From NCBI GenBank assembly GCA_951406725.2, contig OX597814.1:83700001-83764000 (forward strand): a stretch of DNA of 64,000 nucleotides, read 5' to 3'. The notes beneath the pieces are model-generated. The model saw only the letters and a list, made by a program, of their open reading frames with translations, was not told the origin of the DNA and ran no database searches. Of this stretch, positions 62,641-64,000 are shown one piece after another. Position 1 is the stretch's first letter, and each line of letters opens with the position of its first letter. The translations under genes and the position numbers were made by a program. Source of the stretch: Octopus vulgaris (lineage: Eukaryota).

Positions 62641-63519
62641 CTGTCAAGACTAGTTACTTGCTGGGTTGAAATGACTAAATTTTGTATTAGAGTTTATCTT
62701 TGCTCAAAAATTGGTACCCGTTATCTGTGATAAAGTAATTCCTAACCAGGAATTGTCTTTTGTCTGCAAAACTATAGTCATCAAACAATGGCACTGGTAC
62801 TACACAAATTAGAGAGTTTGATCTTGCAACAACAGGCAATCCGCTTGATAAAATCCTGCTTTCTATCACAGAAAGATAGATTGTTAATCTTTATCGCACC
62901 ATGCATTCATTCCAGATTGAATTATACTCTGTAATTGTAGTACCAGCTTACACCAATATGAAAATATTGCCTCACCTTACCCCTGTAAGAAAGTTCGAAT
63001 TAATTGTTTTTATCAATCCCCAGATGGCTATAGATAAAAATATAATAAAAAATAATGAAACTTCAAGTTTTATTCATTGACAATTTATTTTTATTGTATT
63101 TTTATCTGCAGAAAAATAAAGATGTACTTTATTAAACAGCTTAAGCAGACATATAGTCTTAACAGCAATGGCAAAATCTATAATATACAAAAGTGACAGA
63201 TATTATGAATAAAGACCATTAAATGATAATAGCAAATTCATTCATTAATTATACAAAAGATAGCACTCTACGTTTAATTATAAAGTAAATTTGTAAAATA
63301 AATTTAATACATATATAAAAACTAGCATTTCTTCAGTTACGAGTGTTTCAGTTAATCCAATCAGTGGAACAGCCTGCGCATAAAATTAATGGACAACTTC
63401 ATATCCTTGATATTCCATTTTTTTTTCCCTGCTGCAACCCATGAAAAATGATTTATTACTCGCTTACTCCCTCATCTCTCTCTCTCTCTCTCTCTCTACA
63501 TATATACATACATACAGTG

Positions 63520-63675
63520 GCCTTGTTTCAGTTTCTGTCTACCAATTTCACTCTTGAAGCCTTGGTCAGCCCAGAGCTATATTAAAAAGCATCTGCCCAA
63601 GGTCCTGTGCTGTGGAATGAACCCAAGACCACATGGCTGGGAAGCAAGCTTTTTAACCACACAAGCGCACACCTA
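63520..63675 (-). mobile_element. SINE family A 5' half (similar halves at 59570-59730, 61175-61320, 36270-36450, 51545-51660)
   Basis: tttcagtttc.gtctacca..t.cactc..aagccttggtcagcc...accacatgg.tgggaagcaagctt. Confidence 0.85.
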
Positions 63676-64000
63676 TGGGAAGTTGCTGTTTGATCTAATA
63701 TGCACTGTCTGTCATGGCAGCGGATTTTACAGACAATATTCTAATCTATACATTAATGCACTAAGGCCGAATGCATTACATTGTCATGTGGTTAATTGCA
63801 GGGAGAGGCAAAAAGTGAGAAAGAGAAGTATTAATGATGTGAGACAGGGGGAAAGGAATAGTTAGTTATTACATGGTTAAAAAGTTAGTTGAAGGGAGAG
63901 AGGGATGATGTTCTGTAGGTGCATTTAAAGAAATACAAGTGAAGAGGTGGGGGTGGGTAGTTATATTAAGAGTGAGAGGCAGATAAAGTGAACAGTGACA

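Overview
Eukaryotic, AT-rich, repeat-dominated DNA. The SINE families, RTE tails and (TA)n/(TATG)n load look like a cephalopod, most likely Octopus; this is inference from recognised repeat families, not a database result. I found no intact protein-coding gene, rRNA, true tRNA or CRISPR array. Nearly all listed ORFs are microsatellite artefacts or decayed transposon fragments. Identifiable content: three tRNA-derived SINE families; LINE remnants (RTE, CR1-like, CR1-Zenon, Proto2/RTE-X-like); two Penelope-like clades; several Tc1/mariner/pogo, piggyBac-, hAT- and Kolobok-like DNA elements; Helitrons and a Helentron-type HINE. The window may be the 5' end and a giant intron of a host gene: there is a CpG-rich unique patch at ~430-670, CpG depletion beyond ~8.5 kb, and one good + strand microexon candidate at 53264-53316. 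Most notable signals: (i) a dense cluster of minimal hammerhead-ribozyme motifs in Penelope-type repeats in the first 5.5 kb, two of them in fold-back palindromes and one family with a non-canonical CUGUCGA core; (ii) a ~33-unit 20/26-bp array built from a pseudoknot-like LINE 3'UTR motif; (iii) many fold-back structures that could give long dsRNA; (iv) a non-L1 LINE with a twin-priming-type 5' inversion; (v) a mosaic Helitron; (vi) a recurring heterodimeric SINE. None is proven novel without searches. Coordinates of decayed elements are approximate.
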